Source: Octopus sinensis
Taxonomy: Eukaryota
Reading direction: 5' to 3'
Assembly: GCF_006345805.1 (NCBI RefSeq)
Contig: NC_043004.1
Location: forward strand, 13,702,001-13,766,000
Length of the DNA: 64,000 bases
A model generated the notes under the pieces. That model was not told where the DNA came from and did no database searches. It saw nothing but the letters and a program-made list of their open reading frames with translations. Shown here piece by piece: positions 1-13,809 of this stretch (positions are counted from its first letter, which is position 1; each line of letters begins with the position of its first letter). A program made the translations under genes and the position numbers.

Positions 1-174
1 AGAGAGATAGAGAAAGTGGTGTTTAAGGCAGAAGTGTGCAAACAGGGTCAGTGTGGGTGTGTGTGCGCTTGTGTGTCTGATTGTGTGTATGTTAATGAGG
101 CATGTGTGTGGGAGTGAAGCGAACAAGTTAGTAGCTGTAGTGGTGGACAGATTTGTGCATGCGTGTGTTCGAGG

Positions 175-212
<38 letters not shown>

Positions 213-1002
213 AAGAAGATGGCTGAGCGTGTCTCCGCAGTTTCGGCCTGTTAACATCTGTATATGTATGTATACATATACATATCACATATATTATAAG
301 ATGTGTTAAATTTGACTGACGACTGCCAAACGAATTTGACAAAAATCTATTCTGCAGCTTAGATATTCTAAGATTCCATTCAAATATACCTTCAATTGCC
401 ATAGAATCCATACCTCTTAGATTTGAGTTAGTACTATCTAAAAAACCTGCTAGAAATCCTTAAACGACAGCGTCAATTTTGTGGAACATTTTTTTAAAAA
501 TCTTGCTCATGAGACAGTCAAACAGCATTACTTGATCCCAAATATCGGCAAAATAGAAATAGAGAAACAGATATCTGTGTATGAGAGGATATGCATTGGT
601 ATATACACAACAGTGTGTGAATATTCTATTGACTTAAATCTGCTGTATACAATGCACAAATCTCAATCGTAATTCGTTATCGAAGTGTCTACTTAAAGGT
701 GTGTGTGTGAGGTATATTTCTTGGCTGCTGCCAATAATCGGAATAAGACACTCCTTGGATATTTCAACAACAATATTCAATAAAAACATCGGTTTTCCGC
801 AAACTACAAACACCCACACACGGTCAGATATTCAAACACACATGCATACTAGCGTTATACATACTCACTCATAAATATAGACATGTGTGTGTATGTGTGT
901 TTGTGTGTGTGTGTGCGTGACTAAACTGATATACAATGCATTGTACATGAGATTATGCTATTGCAAAAGGTGTGTAAGACTATGAATTACGAGAATACAA
1001 TA

Positions 1003-1252
1003 TTTATATACATATATATATATATATATATATAATATATATATATAATATATATATATAATATATATATATATATGTATATATATACAAATATATACAT
1101 ATATATATATATATGTATATATATATATGTACATATATATATATATGTGTGTGTGTGTATGTATACCTATGTGTGTAACTATCTTTATTTATGCGTATAT
1201 CTATGTGTGTGTATATATATATATATATGTATATATATACAAATATATACAT

Positions 1253-1298
<46 letters not shown>

Positions 1299-1306
1299 CA
1301 TGTATG

Positions 1307-1379
<73 letters not shown>

Positions 1380-1385
1380 TTATAT
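1003..1385. repeat. Compound (TA)n/(TG)n microsatellite
   Basis: Directly visible; source of the YIYIYI pseudo-ORFs. Representative of many such tracts. Confidence 0.95.
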
Positions 1386-1532
1386 ATTCGTGTGCTTATG
1401 CGTATGTGTGTGATGGTAATGATGTGGACAATCAGGTGCAAATGTTAAAAGTAATTCTCAAAGTGAAAAGGAAGTTCCAGTATGAGTGATCTAACAAAAG
1501 AGAAATATCAAATCTCTCTCCCTCTCTCACTT

Positions 1533-1572
<40 letters not shown>

Positions 1573-2157
1573 ATATATATATATTTATTTATATTTATAT
1601 ATTTATATATGTGTGAATGTGTCTCCAAATATATACATATTTACATACGCGCACACGCACACACATACACACACACGCACACACACACATACACACATAT
1701 ATATATATTACGCGCACGTATACGTACATGCATACATATACATGCGTGCGTTTGTGTGTATTATACAATTGACTCTAAACAAATCCGGTTGCCATGAAAA
1801 GAAAACAAAAATTGAAAATACAAATGATTACTTCAATGCGAATGTGTACATTATCGTTATTATTTTTTTTTTTGTTATGTCATTGTTATTATTATTATTA
1901 TTATCATTATTATTGAATGTAGCGCAGATCATGTCTATTTGATTTATGTATTTTTCTATTGACAGCACTAAAGACTGAGAACTTCAATAAATGAATAAAC
2001 GAAGTCGTGAAACAAACAAGATTTAGAGAAATGAAAATAAAAATCTTCAAGCGACAACCAGACATCGCAGCATGATTATTATGAGTGTATTGTTGTCAAA
2101 AGTTAACTTTCTATTACGACCTAGCAAGACTGATTATGTCCGCGTTCTATACCGTTA

Positions 2158-2160
<3 letters not shown>

Positions 2161-2245
<85 letters not shown>
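2161..2245. repeat. (GA)n microsatellite
   Basis: Perfect GA run; explains the RERERE ORF. Confidence 0.95.
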
Positions 2246-2247
<2 letters not shown>

Positions 2248-2674
2248 ATCCGGGACATAAAGGTTATTTGCTAGCTTTCAGGGTTAGAAACAATGTGAAA
2301 AACGTACTTTTCTCTGTTATAGGAAAATTAATGAGAAACCTGTGAGTCGAGTCTTTTTCAGTTCTTTTGATTTCTTATTTATCCAGTCGCTGATTTTTCT
2401 TTTCATTCTTTGTCGAGCCTAAAGACCTAATTGGCTTGAGCTTTTTTTCCGGTTTCTGTCGCGTTTAAGCGACTAAAAGAAAAGACAATTCCATGAATGG
2501 AACGCCAGTGTGTCGCAGGATTAATTCAGGAGTTGCTGTTACGCATTTTCAGCTGAATAAAATGCTGGAGCATCTAGCACGAAAATGACACTTCCTGAAG
2601 CGAACGCTCGACTATACGAACGCTAACTTAATACTGAAAGTACCACTTCAAGCGTTTTCAATTCGAATCGTTAA

Positions 2675-3064
2675 TCTTTATATATTAAGCTGAAGTTGTC
2701 TGTGCGTGTGTGGCAGCCTTCAACTAACACCATCTCCTACGAGACCCTGCGGCGCAAGTTGACCAAATTTGAGAGCATCATAGAAGAAAGCTTTCTCTTC
2801 TTTCCGTAGGAGAAAAAATTCAAATCGGACCATGTTAAGACCAAAAATTCTTTACATCAAAAAGGTGCTGTTTTATTATGAAGATCCCTATCTTTTAAGA
2901 TTTTTTGACTGCTGTGTCGCCATTTTTCGGTGTATTTCAACCAAAAAATGTTCACTTAAAGAGAATAACAAGCTACCTAATGCAAAATTTTTACTTTTCG
3001 AAAATTCCAATTCTAAAGGGTCGAAAAGAAAATAAACCCGAGTAACGCCGGGTTATACTGTTAG
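2675..3064 (+). mobile_element. Non-autonomous Helitron-like element
   Basis: Starts TC(TTTATATA) after A; subterminal GC hairpin CCCGAGTAACGCCGGG (3037-3052); ends TTAG (CTAG variant) before T; no TSD. Confidence 0.7.
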
Positions 3065-4657
3065 TAGAATTTAAAAACCCATAGACATCGTAAATTATAA
3101 ATTTATGCTGTTCAAAGTTTGTAAATAAAATTATAATCATTGACCGTCTATTAGTTATATAAAATATTAGGGCATGTAACCCACGTAACGGATAAAGGGA
3201 TATTGCATGCGTGGGAATCGAACCCATGGCTCTTATTTTCGATCTCCATGTGTACTAATACCCATTTTTTCTACTACGGGGATATCCTAATATTAAAATG
3301 TTTACTATGGTGAAGACTTATGATTCTATTGGCAAAATTTCAATAGCTACCGTTTCCTAATTCAAGCAGAATTCGCACTTGTTTACATTTTATTGTGTTC
3401 ATTTCACAAAGAGTATATCTGATTATAATTGATAAACTTTGCTACGATAAATACTATACATAATACTGCATTCCAGTTGGGTTAAACTTGAAGACATATT
3501 ACTAGTGGCATATTCTACCGAATATGTCAATATTTTAGCATAAATCAAATTATGCCCTTTTATAAAATTAATGAGCTTGACATTGACATGGACAGTTTGA
3601 AAATAAGGAGAATTTATCAACTTGCCAACAAGATCTGGCAGTTGGCCCTTCTCTCCCTACTCAGTTGGGCCCTTCGCTCCCTAAGAAGCAGAAGTCAACG
3701 GCGCCTTTTCCACTGTCCTTACATCTCGGTCGCCTTAATTTTTATTTATTTTTTATTTACTTATCTATTTATTTATTTATTTTATTTATTTTGTGTCTCT
3801 CTCGTTAGATCCTTCTTTTTCAGCTCTGACTTCCGTGTTTTGCTGCACCCTGTCATGTTTCCCAGAAGGATGACCTTTCTCTTCCAGATCTCGCTAGTTT
3901 TGAATTGTCACCGATGCTTCTATTGCTGCTTTCCTTTCTAAATAGAACTGTTGACAAACTTGTTTTTACCACTGAGAAAAATGTGATTTATAGTATGCTG
4001 GCTTCTATCCTCTCACCAATCCAGCATGGATGTTTCTACCAGGATTTTGCGCTCCACTGGCAAATCTCTCTGGTTAATGAGGCATACAAGCCACTATACA
4101 AGAAATAGAGCTTGTGGTGAATAACGAACATATGCAGAGATAGTAATAGTCTCAAGGTAGGCGGCGAGCTGACAGAACTGTTAGCGCGCTAAATAAAACA
4201 TTTCGTCCGTCCTTACGTTCTGAGTTCAAATTCCACCGCAGTCGGCTTTTTTTTTCTTTCATCGTTATATTAGTTTCGAACTGAAAATCTAATAAATCAG
4301 ATGTATGCTGCCAAGCGTTTTGTCCGAAGTGCGGACGATTGCACCAGCTCGCTACCTAACCCAATGCCAATTAATAACATCATATTGGTTTCTAATTATG
4401 GCACAAGGACATCAATATTGAAGAAGACGTAAGTCGATTATATCGACCCCAGCATTCAACTGTTACTCTTTTATAGAATCCTAAAGGATGAAAGTAAAGT
4501 CACTCTCGACGGAATTTGTACACGGAACGTAAAGACGGATGAAATGCGAAGGCTTGATTGTTAGGGTATTCGACTCGTGATCGTAGCATTTTCCTCCGGC
4601 TGCTAAGGATAGGATTCGGTTAGCTCACTGGCATCTTTGATAACATCATATTAAATA

Positions 4658-5182
4658 CTAGCTGGAAAGCTGCACTCCGAGCGGACTTTTGAGCTAGCTT
4701 CTGTGGAGGGCAAATTGGGCCTGTGTCTCAAAACTAAAGAAAGCTAAATAGCATGACTACAATACGTCTATAATCACTATATACCCCGATGGTATATGGT
4801 CAGTGGTTAAGGATGGATGGGAATTAATTCTGTAATGCAATCATTCCATTGAATTCCAACTGTTGGCCAATATGTCCCAATGTTCTTATCTCGACGTAAA
4901 TTTATCGAAGTGAATGCCTTTTATCCCCCCATATATTCATACATCTTTTGTCAAATGTCAACCAGGGTGGCGTGAATCAGCCAAGCTTTACCTGCTAGAA
5001 ATAACAACCCAAATGCTTTTAAATCAGATCCCAATTCTGGAGGTTCAAGAACCAAATGCAGGGCAGATTTTCGATCCCGGGATCATCTTAATTCCAAAAA
5101 GTATAATATGTCTATGTAGAGCAAATGTAGACTAAGATACAGGGGTCCCAGACGGACAGAGTTTCGCTTTTATCAATATAGA
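4658..5182 (-). mobile_element. Non-autonomous Helitron-like element
   Basis: Minus strand begins TCTATATTGATAAAAGC and ends CTAG|T (4658-4661), with a degenerate GC hairpin just inside; A|T insertion site. Confidence 0.6.
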
Positions 5183-8100
5183 TAGATGAAAGTTAACCAA
5201 GTCTACTAGTGTATATGTAAGTGACATTATGCAATGAAGTCTGGTGAAGTTGTACTGGAAATCACGTATCTGCATTTGACAATGCTTTTCAAACTCATTA
5301 ATGTTTTAACAGAATTTAAATATTCTTTATTAACGAGTAGGGTGGAATATGTATCCAATCGGTTGTCAAGGGAGTCATTCACCAATAATACTTCAATGTT
5401 TAGTAAATGTCTTTAATAGCTACAACCTCTTCTACTCAAATTAGGAACGCTGCACACCACTCCATCCAATTAATAATAACGAATCTAGCAATCAATCACC
5501 ATCATACTTGTTTACTTTCTTCTCATCAAAGTACCTCTCCCTGTGTGTCTATTTCTCTCTTTCTCCCTCTCTCTTTCTGCAGCCTTCCCACTCTTCACAA
5601 AACTTCAAATACTGGGTTTCCAAATCCACATAGTTTATTTCCTACTTTAGTCGACTTGTGGTTGTTTTAGCTAAAATAATCTACACTATTCTGACCAGTC
5701 TGCCAATATCATAGACACAATCGCTTCTTCCCAAGTAACGCAATAAAAGAGATAAAAAAATACTTATTTAATTGATACTGTTCGAAATACCAAAGTTAGT
5801 TGCCATTGGTTTTTGAGCTCAGAAACAAGTATTATGAAACACGATATTTTGTAAAGCGCCTGGACTATATCTCCATATTCTGCACCATGTACACCACCAC
5901 TCGAAATGTAATTTGATAGCATAACATAAAAGAAAAATCAATTTAATACAGAGATTAATCTTTTTTTTTTAACATCGTCTGAAATTCAGATAATTCTGAA
6001 TTTAGTTCAAATAAAATATTAATGTTATTATAGTTTCTTTTCTATTTTTTTTTGTTTTTGAAAATGCAATATATTAATAATATCATGGCCAAATTTTCAT
6101 ATCCTAAATGTTTACTAATTTAGAATATGGATCTGATATTTGATGCTTAGGCTCCTGGAATTGTTGAACTGCATTCAATTTAGATTTAGTTGAAAGAAGT
6201 TACATTGCGTTGTTTCTCTTCCAGTATTAAACTGAATCAGTCATGCGTTGTACAGATAGCAAATCTAGAATTTAGGAGCCAGTTAACAGATCGATATAGC
6301 ATCGGTAGTGGGAAAAAAACATAGCTAAATAGTTATCTAAAAGCCAAAGGTCTTTCTGAAGGCTATAAGTTTATTTTGATAAAAAGCAAAATATCAAATT
6401 ATATTTCGAACTATGAGATAATGAAATAGGAAAAACATTTACTCCTTTTTAACTTTATAGTTGTATAAGGTGGTGGAGTGGACTCTTAAATGTGTGAGTG
6501 GAGTGTATAAAGGATACACAATGATACAATCATGAAAAATAGTCCTGCATGTCTGCATAAAGAAATCGATCGTTCATACTTTAATCTATTCTTATCAAAT
6601 TTATAAAGACTATTTCTGAAACCACCGCCAGTACACGGAACTTTGCAACAACAACAGAAAAAGAACAATATTTTAATGAAACGTTAATATTGTTGTAATA
6701 CTGGAAGAGGCTGGAGGCATACAACAGGTAGATCTCCATCGAACAGACCAACTATCAATGGCCTCCAAACAGGACCATCCTTTTTCAGTTATGAGGTAAG
6801 TGTAATCTATGGTTACATTACACAATGCACTCCATCTTTTTCAAACGTGGAAGGCATTATTTAAAGGAGCGTGGCCGAGTGGTTAGGATGTTGCACTCAC
6901 GATTATGAGATCGTCGTTTCGATTCTAGTACCCAGCGATGAATTGTATTCTTAAGCAAAACACTTCATCACACATTGCTCAACGTTCACTTCAACATCTT
7001 ACTTGTGGCACACGATGCACCTGTACAGTCAATGTCCATCTGGTAGAGGACGTGAGCTAATAAATAGCACATGCATTTGATTACTATAACAAAAAATCAT
7101 TTATGTAGTGCTCAGCAAGATATTTCGGAACCCTCAGCGACAGGGCAGTCCGCAAAGAACAAACAAAAAGAATGATTTGAGGGGAGTGTTAACTGCTAAT
7201 TCTAATAGATCGAGCAACCATTTAAATATTCCATTGTTAAATGCTTGTTTAATATTATGTAAGTACTGAGTTTTAAGTGAGGAGATTTTTTTATGTCTAT
7301 CTTCGTCAGTAGAACTGACTACTATTAGGCTATAAGAAACTTGTATGTGTTAGCTATTAGTTTTTAGCTCCAAGCCAGCAGTGATTGAAAAGACTTGTAA
7401 TCAAAAGAGATATTATCTTGGAATACAATCTGTACATACGATTTCCTTTACCCTTCGTGTATTTCCTTTCGAACGAAAATGTCTCGCATCCTGATTGTGG
7501 CAAGTATTTTTTTCCTTCTTCTCCGCAAAATAGTGCATCTAAATATTATAGCAAATGTTCTAAACTTCCTTATAAATGGCTATGATTTCGTCAGTAGTAA
7601 TTAACTATGCTATAACCTTGGCTTTCGTTGGAATCCCGGAGGATGGCGACACCTAGAAAGTTGACATTATTCTTGAAAAACAACAAGCCGATGACAAGAA
7701 TTTCTTGAGAACGGCGCAGCGGGGAGAAAGGAAAAGGTAAATCTAGTTGTCACTGCAATGACAAGTTTATCTTTTTATTTTTTGGTGTATTTTTCTCGTG
7801 TATCTACAACTGCGTTAGTTGTGTCCTTCTGTCTTTTAGACGGTATAACGTGATTTCGAAGAGGTTTAGTGCAACGGTTCTCACGTTAACTTGAAACATA
7901 TTATGTATCAATTAATAAAAACAAGTTTAAATAAATCAGTAGATAGAATTATAAGTATAAACTTAATGTTTCCTTGTTATCAACTTTCTCAAGTTGGTTT
8001 TCATACTCAATGTTTTAGCTATATTTTTAGCAAAATTAATGACGTATATTTAGGGCCAGAATGTGGTCTGCTTAGTAGTTAGTAGTTACTATTATGTATA

Positions 8101-8330
8101 TAGGATATACATATAGTATGATAACAGACTTACTTTATCATTATTAGTTTTGTCTCCGACTTTGTATAACCAAAAGCATTTCTAGCTATGAAGCTATGAC
8201 CATGTTCTCCGTATTCAAATAGAGAACATGGTCTCTCTCTCTCTCTCTCACACACACTCACGTGTATATGTTTTAGGACGTATACACGCGATATTCGAGG
8301 AATTACTATATATATATAAAAAAAATATAT

Positions 8331-8382
<52 letters not shown>

Positions 8383-8387
<5 letters not shown>

Positions 8388-8552
8388 ATTCCTCGAATAT
8401 CGCGTGTATTACGTCCTAAAACGTCCCACGGAAATAATTGAAATAAGAAAAAATATAAATACCTGTCGGCTGCAGAAACCCGTGATATACTGAGGAATCT
8501 GCGATGTATTGAGTGCGCGACAGGTGAACCGCGATATGGCGTGGGATTACTG
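8383..8552. mobile_element. Tc1/mariner-superfamily (pogo/Tigger-like) MITE
   Basis: Imperfect TIRs TAGTAATTCCTCGAATATCGCG / CGCGATATGGCGTGGGATTACTG; left end lies in (TA)n. Confidence 0.55.
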
Positions 8553-8609
8553 CATGCACACACACACACACACACACAACACAACACACACATATTAATA
8601 TATTATATA

Positions 8610-8668
<59 letters not shown>

Positions 8669-8677
8669 CATGCACAT

Positions 8678-8915
8678 ATATATAAAACTGAGAATGTCTT
8701 ATGTCTGTCTGTATATCTGCATTATTAAAACGCGCGAAGTACGAAACCGATTTCATTCAAATTTTACACATGCCTTACTTAGGGTCCATGCAGTGACATG
8801 GGCCAAAAGGTTTTCAACTTCGTGTCTAATGTGAGCCCGGAGCAATCTTTTATATCTTATGCTATTTCAGTATTACGTGTCAAAAGTGAAACAATAACAT
8901 CTCTACTGTAATGTT
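8678..8915 (+). mobile_element. Helitron/Helentron-like non-autonomous 5' fragment
   Basis: TATATAAAACTGAGAATG..TGTCTGTCTGT..CCGATTTCATTCAAATTTTACAC resembles DINE-1-type 5' blocks; no 3' end seen. Confidence 0.4.
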
Positions 8916-9714
8916 CGCCACCATGGGGTCCTGTCTTTGACTATCTTCTATAGACTTGAGCCTTATTCAAACGATTAAATAGAAACTGTATAGAAATCCG
9001 TTACGTGGATTGTCTGTGAAAGTTAAAACTTGGCACATAGGAAGCTGATTTTGCATTAAGAGCACGTATGCCTGTGGAATACACAGCTATTTAGAATTTA
9101 ATTCAGGAGCAGATAATTCAGTTCATTAACTACAGAATCTTCATCGTTGATCGACGGATAACCGGCAGTAGTAATTTTTCAGATCTATAAGCGAACACCG
9201 ATCTTAGAATATTGAAAGTGTAGAATATTCTGCTCTGTTACTGGACAATCTGTATGCAACATTTTAAAGTAGGGTAACACCTAAAATCGGCAGAAACAGG
9301 TGAGAAACTGGCTTAGCAACCTTTAGTTAGTAGAAAGCTTGGCGAATTTTAATTACCGCGAAGAGAGGAAATCTAACGGAATGTGTTTTGAGAGTGACGA
9401 AATGAAGAAAATACGCACATTCTTCATTCCTCATAGCAACTCAACACTCAACATTTTTTTCATCTTTAGTTGCTTCAGTTATGGGTTTGCGGCCATGCTG
9501 TACCATTCCTTGTAGGATTTTGTGGAATAAATCTACATAAGTACTTGTGTTTTGTTTTTGGTTTTGTTTCGATTCTTTTTTTTTTGTTTGTTACTTATAC
9601 TCACACCTTTCGCTGAACCTTCTAGTTACGGGAATATAAACAAACCAACACATTTCTTCAAGCGATAGTGCGATCACACACGCACACAAACAGTTATACA
9701 CAACGCACACACAC

Positions 9715-9752
<38 letters not shown>

Positions 9753-9874
9753 ATGTGCGATAATAAGAAATAACCTGTCTTATTACTCGACCACTGCACA
9801 TCATTGACGCTTCATTCTGAAGCATATGTATACTGAATTCTAACACCAGGTTATCAGTAGTATTGCAATGCCAA

Positions 9875-9912
<38 letters not shown>

Positions 9913-10002
9913 TATATATATACATATATATACACATATATAAATACATATATATACATGCATTTATATACAGACACACGTGTACGTATCATGTATGTGT
10001 GG

Positions 10003-10441
10003 GGACGCCTGGCTTAATGGTTAGAGTGTTGGACTCATGATCGTAAGATTGTGGGTTCAATTCCTGGATTGGCCGACGCGTTCAGTTCTTGAGAAAAACA
10101 TTTAATTTCACGTTGCTTCAAAGAGCGGAGGCTTGATTTTTAGGGTATTCGACTCGCGATCGTAGAATTATGAGTTCAATTCAAGGCTGCGTGTCGTGCC
10201 CTTGAACAAGACGCATTATTTTACGTTTCTACACTTCACTCAGCTGGCAAAAATGAGTTGTATCTGTAATTCAAAGGGTAAACATTGTCACACTCTGTTT
10301 CACGCTGAATCTCCTTGTGAACTACCTTAAGAGTACTCGTGTCTGTATCGTGCTCAACCACTCCCTCTTTATTTTCACGAGCAGGCTGTTTCGTTGAGCG
10401 GTTTAACTAGACTCCTCGTTGTCGTACACCACGGAAGGTCA
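10003..10441 (+). mobile_element. tRNA-derived SINE family C (head duplicated)
   Basis: A-box TGGCTTAATGG, B-box GGTTCAATTCC, then CTTGAGAAAAACATTTAATTTCACGTTGC; homologous to 6868-7150, 62600-62890, 63166-63427 and minus-strand copies near 13370-13535 and 25945-26165. Confidence 0.75.
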
Positions 10442-10821
10442 TTCGTGTGTGTGTGTGTGTATGTACGTGTGTATGTATGTATGTATGTATGTATGTATGT
10501 ATGTATGTATGTATGTATGTATGTATGTATGTATGTATGTATGTATGTATGTATGTATGTATGTATGTATGTATGTATGCGGCAGGCCACTACACAGTTT
10601 CTGTCAACCAAATTCACTCACAAAGCATTGGCCTGATCGCCTAGGGGTTTTAGTAGGGCACTTGACGAAGGTGCTGCATGGCGGGACTGAACCTGAAACC
10701 ACGGGGTTTCAAAGAGAGTTTCTTGACCACACTGCCAATGATGCTTGATGACAATGATGAGGAAGAGGAAAAGAAGGAGCAAGAAGAGTAGGACGACGAC
10801 GATGATACAATAATAATGAGG

Positions 10822-10995
10822 AAGGCGGCGAGCTGGCAGAATCATTAGCACGCTGGGCGAAATGCTTAGTGGTATTTCGTCTGCCTTCACGTTCTGAGTT
10901 CAAATGCCGCCGGGGTCGACTTTACCTTTCATCCTTTCGGGGTCGGAGAATTAAATACCAAATTTCAGGCCTTGTGGCCTTTAGTGGAAAGGATA
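10822..10995 (+). mobile_element. tRNA-derived SINE family A, monomer
   Basis: GGCGGCGAGCTGGCAGAATC head, GAGTTCAAAT B-box, GTCGACTTTACCTTTCATCCTTTCGGGGTCG core. Confidence 0.8.
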
Positions 10996-11884
10996 TAATG
11001 ATAAAGAGGAGGAGGAGGAGGAGGTGGAGAAGGATGACGATGGCGACGACGACAACGACAAGGAGAGAAAAGGAGTAAGACGACGATGACAAGGAGAAAG
11101 AAGAATAGGACGACAATGACGACAAGGAGAAAGAAGAGGAGGAGGAGCGACGACGACAACACCGATGATGATGATGATGATGAGGAGGAGGAGGATATAG
11201 CCTCCTTTAAGTATTTGTAGGTGAAATCTTTCTTACTATGAAATATGTTTGTCTATGTAGTATTGTTAAATAAGCAGGTTCATTTCTGGTGAATAAATTT
11301 CTCCGAAATATTGATTGGCAAACTGTCAAGACAAGAAGAAACCTGTCTTCCTCTCTATGCTGATACAAGCTTATCAGAAGTTAACTTCTCTATCGAAGCG
11401 ATCTCGTGAGATATTAGACAAATGTAAAGTTTCTTATCTTCAGCATCGTATCTTAAAGATGCTAACTTCTACCATAGAATATAATGAAATTTAAAACTTA
11501 ATTTACGTAAAAATAAAAACAAATCATCATTCTTATCAATCAAGCAATCTTAAATTAGTGTAAACCTATCAATTTGCAGATGATTGTGACGAATACAAAG
11601 TCTGTTGGTTTTTGTCTTGAAAATAAACATGAGAAATGAAATGGTTAAATCGTTGTAAAAGTTGGAGAGTAGAAATTATAACTGAATACAGTACCGGACC
11701 ACATGTCCGGCTCTCAGAAATGCGGAGTTTTCGAAAATTAGGAAATGCCATGCAGTACATGAAATATAGTGTATGCTATGAGGGCGGTGAGCTGGCAGAA
11801 TCGTTAGCACACCGAGGAAAACGCTTAGAGGCATTTCGTCCGTTTCGGCGTTTTGACTTCTAATTTCGCCGATATAATCGATTA

Positions 11885-12106
11885 CATTGGGATGCTGAGA
11901 AGTTCCTGTCTTTAAGGGTATCGCGAAAGTCATACTTAGAGGCCCAACCTCCCGAGTTTTTTTTTTTTCTGCAGGGCTTAGAAAAACTGAAGGACTGCTG
12001 TAATAAGTGTGTGAATCTGATGGGAATACGTTGAAAAAAATTATAACTAACTGATTCTCTTGTATTTTCTTTTACCCAAAGACAGGAATTTTTCGGCAGT
12101 CCCTCA
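11885..12106 (+). mobile_element. Mariner-derived MITE
   Basis: Degenerate TIRs, TA flanks, transposase C-terminal relic (AGLEKLKDCCNKCVNL..EYVE); reverse complement of 34497-34713. Confidence 0.7.
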
Positions 12107-12689
12107 TATATTTTCAGCAAAATTTGAAGCCGTCTACCTAAGCTAAATTTTAATGTTAAATTTGTTGATATACGTTCTGAGTTAGAAATCGATTTTTGCC
12201 TTTGATCCTACAGGAATATCGATAACATAAGTAAGGTTCATTTTTCAAGGTTGATTTAATCGATAATTACTCTCCTCTCCCAAAATATGCAACTTCGTTC
12301 CTATGGATATAAAGCCATTACTAAAAAGATTAGAAAGGCAATAGTTTGGGAGAATCCTTGGAACATCAAAGAAAACAAAAAAGAAGTGCATTGGCGTATT
12401 TCCTCCTGCTCGTCTCATTTGTGAGTTCAATTCCTGCTAACATCAACTTTAGTTCCTTTTTTCCCGTATGGGATCGATAAAATAACTAGTCAAGAACTGG
12501 AGCCAATTTAACGAACTAAGCGCCTCACCTCTAAATTTCTGACCTTCCGTCTATTTTAGAAAGAAATGTTAGTAACTTAGGTACAATGTTTTTATAGGTT
12601 ATATTTACGTGTAAAACAGTTGAAGATTTACCACTGATTGTGACAAAACAAAAACAATCTTAGATTCCAATCAAGGAATAATTATATCT

Positions 12690-13260
12690 GCTCTAGGCAC
12701 AAGACCTTGAAAATGTGCGAGGGGCGATTACATCGACCCTAGTGCGTAACTGGTACCTATTTCCTCGACCTCAAAAAAATGAGAGGCAAAGAGACCCTCG
12801 GAGGAATTTGAACTCAGAACGAAGCGACAGACGAAATGCCTATTTCTTTACTACCCACAAGGGGCTAAACACAGAGAGAACAAACAAGGACAGACAAACG
12901 GATTAAGTCGATTACATCGACTCCAGTGCGTAACTGGTACTTATTTAATCGACCCCGCCAAAAGGATCAAAGGCAAAGTCGACCTCGGCGGAATTTGAAC
13001 TCAGAACGTAGCAGCAGACGAAATACCTATTTCTTTACTGCCCACACTGAACTACACACAGAGGCGACAAATAAGGACAGACAAAAGGATTAAGTCGATT
13101 ATATCGACTCTAGTGCGTAACTGGTACTTATTTAATCGACCCCGAATGGATGAAAGGCAAAGTCGACGTCGGCGGAATTAGAACTCAGAACGTAGCGGCA
13201 GATGAAATACTGCCAAAGCATTTCGCCCGGCGTGTTAACGATTCTGCCAGCTCGCCGCCT
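12690..13260 (-). mobile_element. SINE family A trimer
   Basis: One head plus three body units; junctions at 13026/13027 and 12839/12840. Confidence 0.85.
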
Positions 13261-13809
13261 TTCAAGCAAGGAATAATAAAACTTAATACAGTAGAAAAAA
13301 TTAATGCAAAGTGCCATCAAATGTTCCAACACATGGTTATAAGTGACTGAGTTCACATCATCTATCCAGAGTGGAACGCCAGTCCTTCGCAGTGGTACTG
13401 CTTTACATCTGAGTGGACAGGAGCAACATAAAATGAAGTGTTTTCATCAGGGACACAACATAACCCACGGCCCAGGAACCGAAATCATGATCTTGGGATC
13501 GTGATTTCAACACTTCTAACCAATAGACCACACGCTTTCGCTAATCGAAATACAGGCATATATAATTGGTTTCAAATTTTGGTACAAGGCCAGAAATTTC
13601 AGGAGAAGGGCAAGTCGATTACATCGCTCCCACCCCACCCAGCCCGCTACCAGTGCTCACTGTTAGTTGTTTTATCGGCCCCAAAAGGATGAAAGACAAA
13701 ACTGACCTCAGTGATATTTGAACTCAGATTGTAAACACGGACGAAATGCTGCTAAGCATTTTGCCCGGCGTGCTAACGATTCTGCCAGCTGTTTGCCTTA
13801 GACTTACAA

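Noticed and set aside
1004-1942. Long ORFs rich in Y/I/H/T/C/V (and equivalents throughout the window)
   Set aside because: Translations of (TA)n, (CA)n, (TACA)n, (GATA)n and (GAA)n microsatellites; no protein signal.
5234-5430. Possible CR1-like RT relic (ITYLHLTMLF versus VIYLDFAKAF)
   Set aside because: Similarity too weak to support by eye.
7641-7740. CTCF-like motif (CTAGGTGTCGCC, minus) and possible exon ending AAG|GTAAAT
   Set aside because: Single short motif, ORF closes after 21 codons; expected by chance.
12690-13260. Regularly spaced repeats suggesting a CRISPR-like array
   Set aside because: Whole ~180-bp units repeat with no unique spacers; eukaryotic SINE context and no cas genes.
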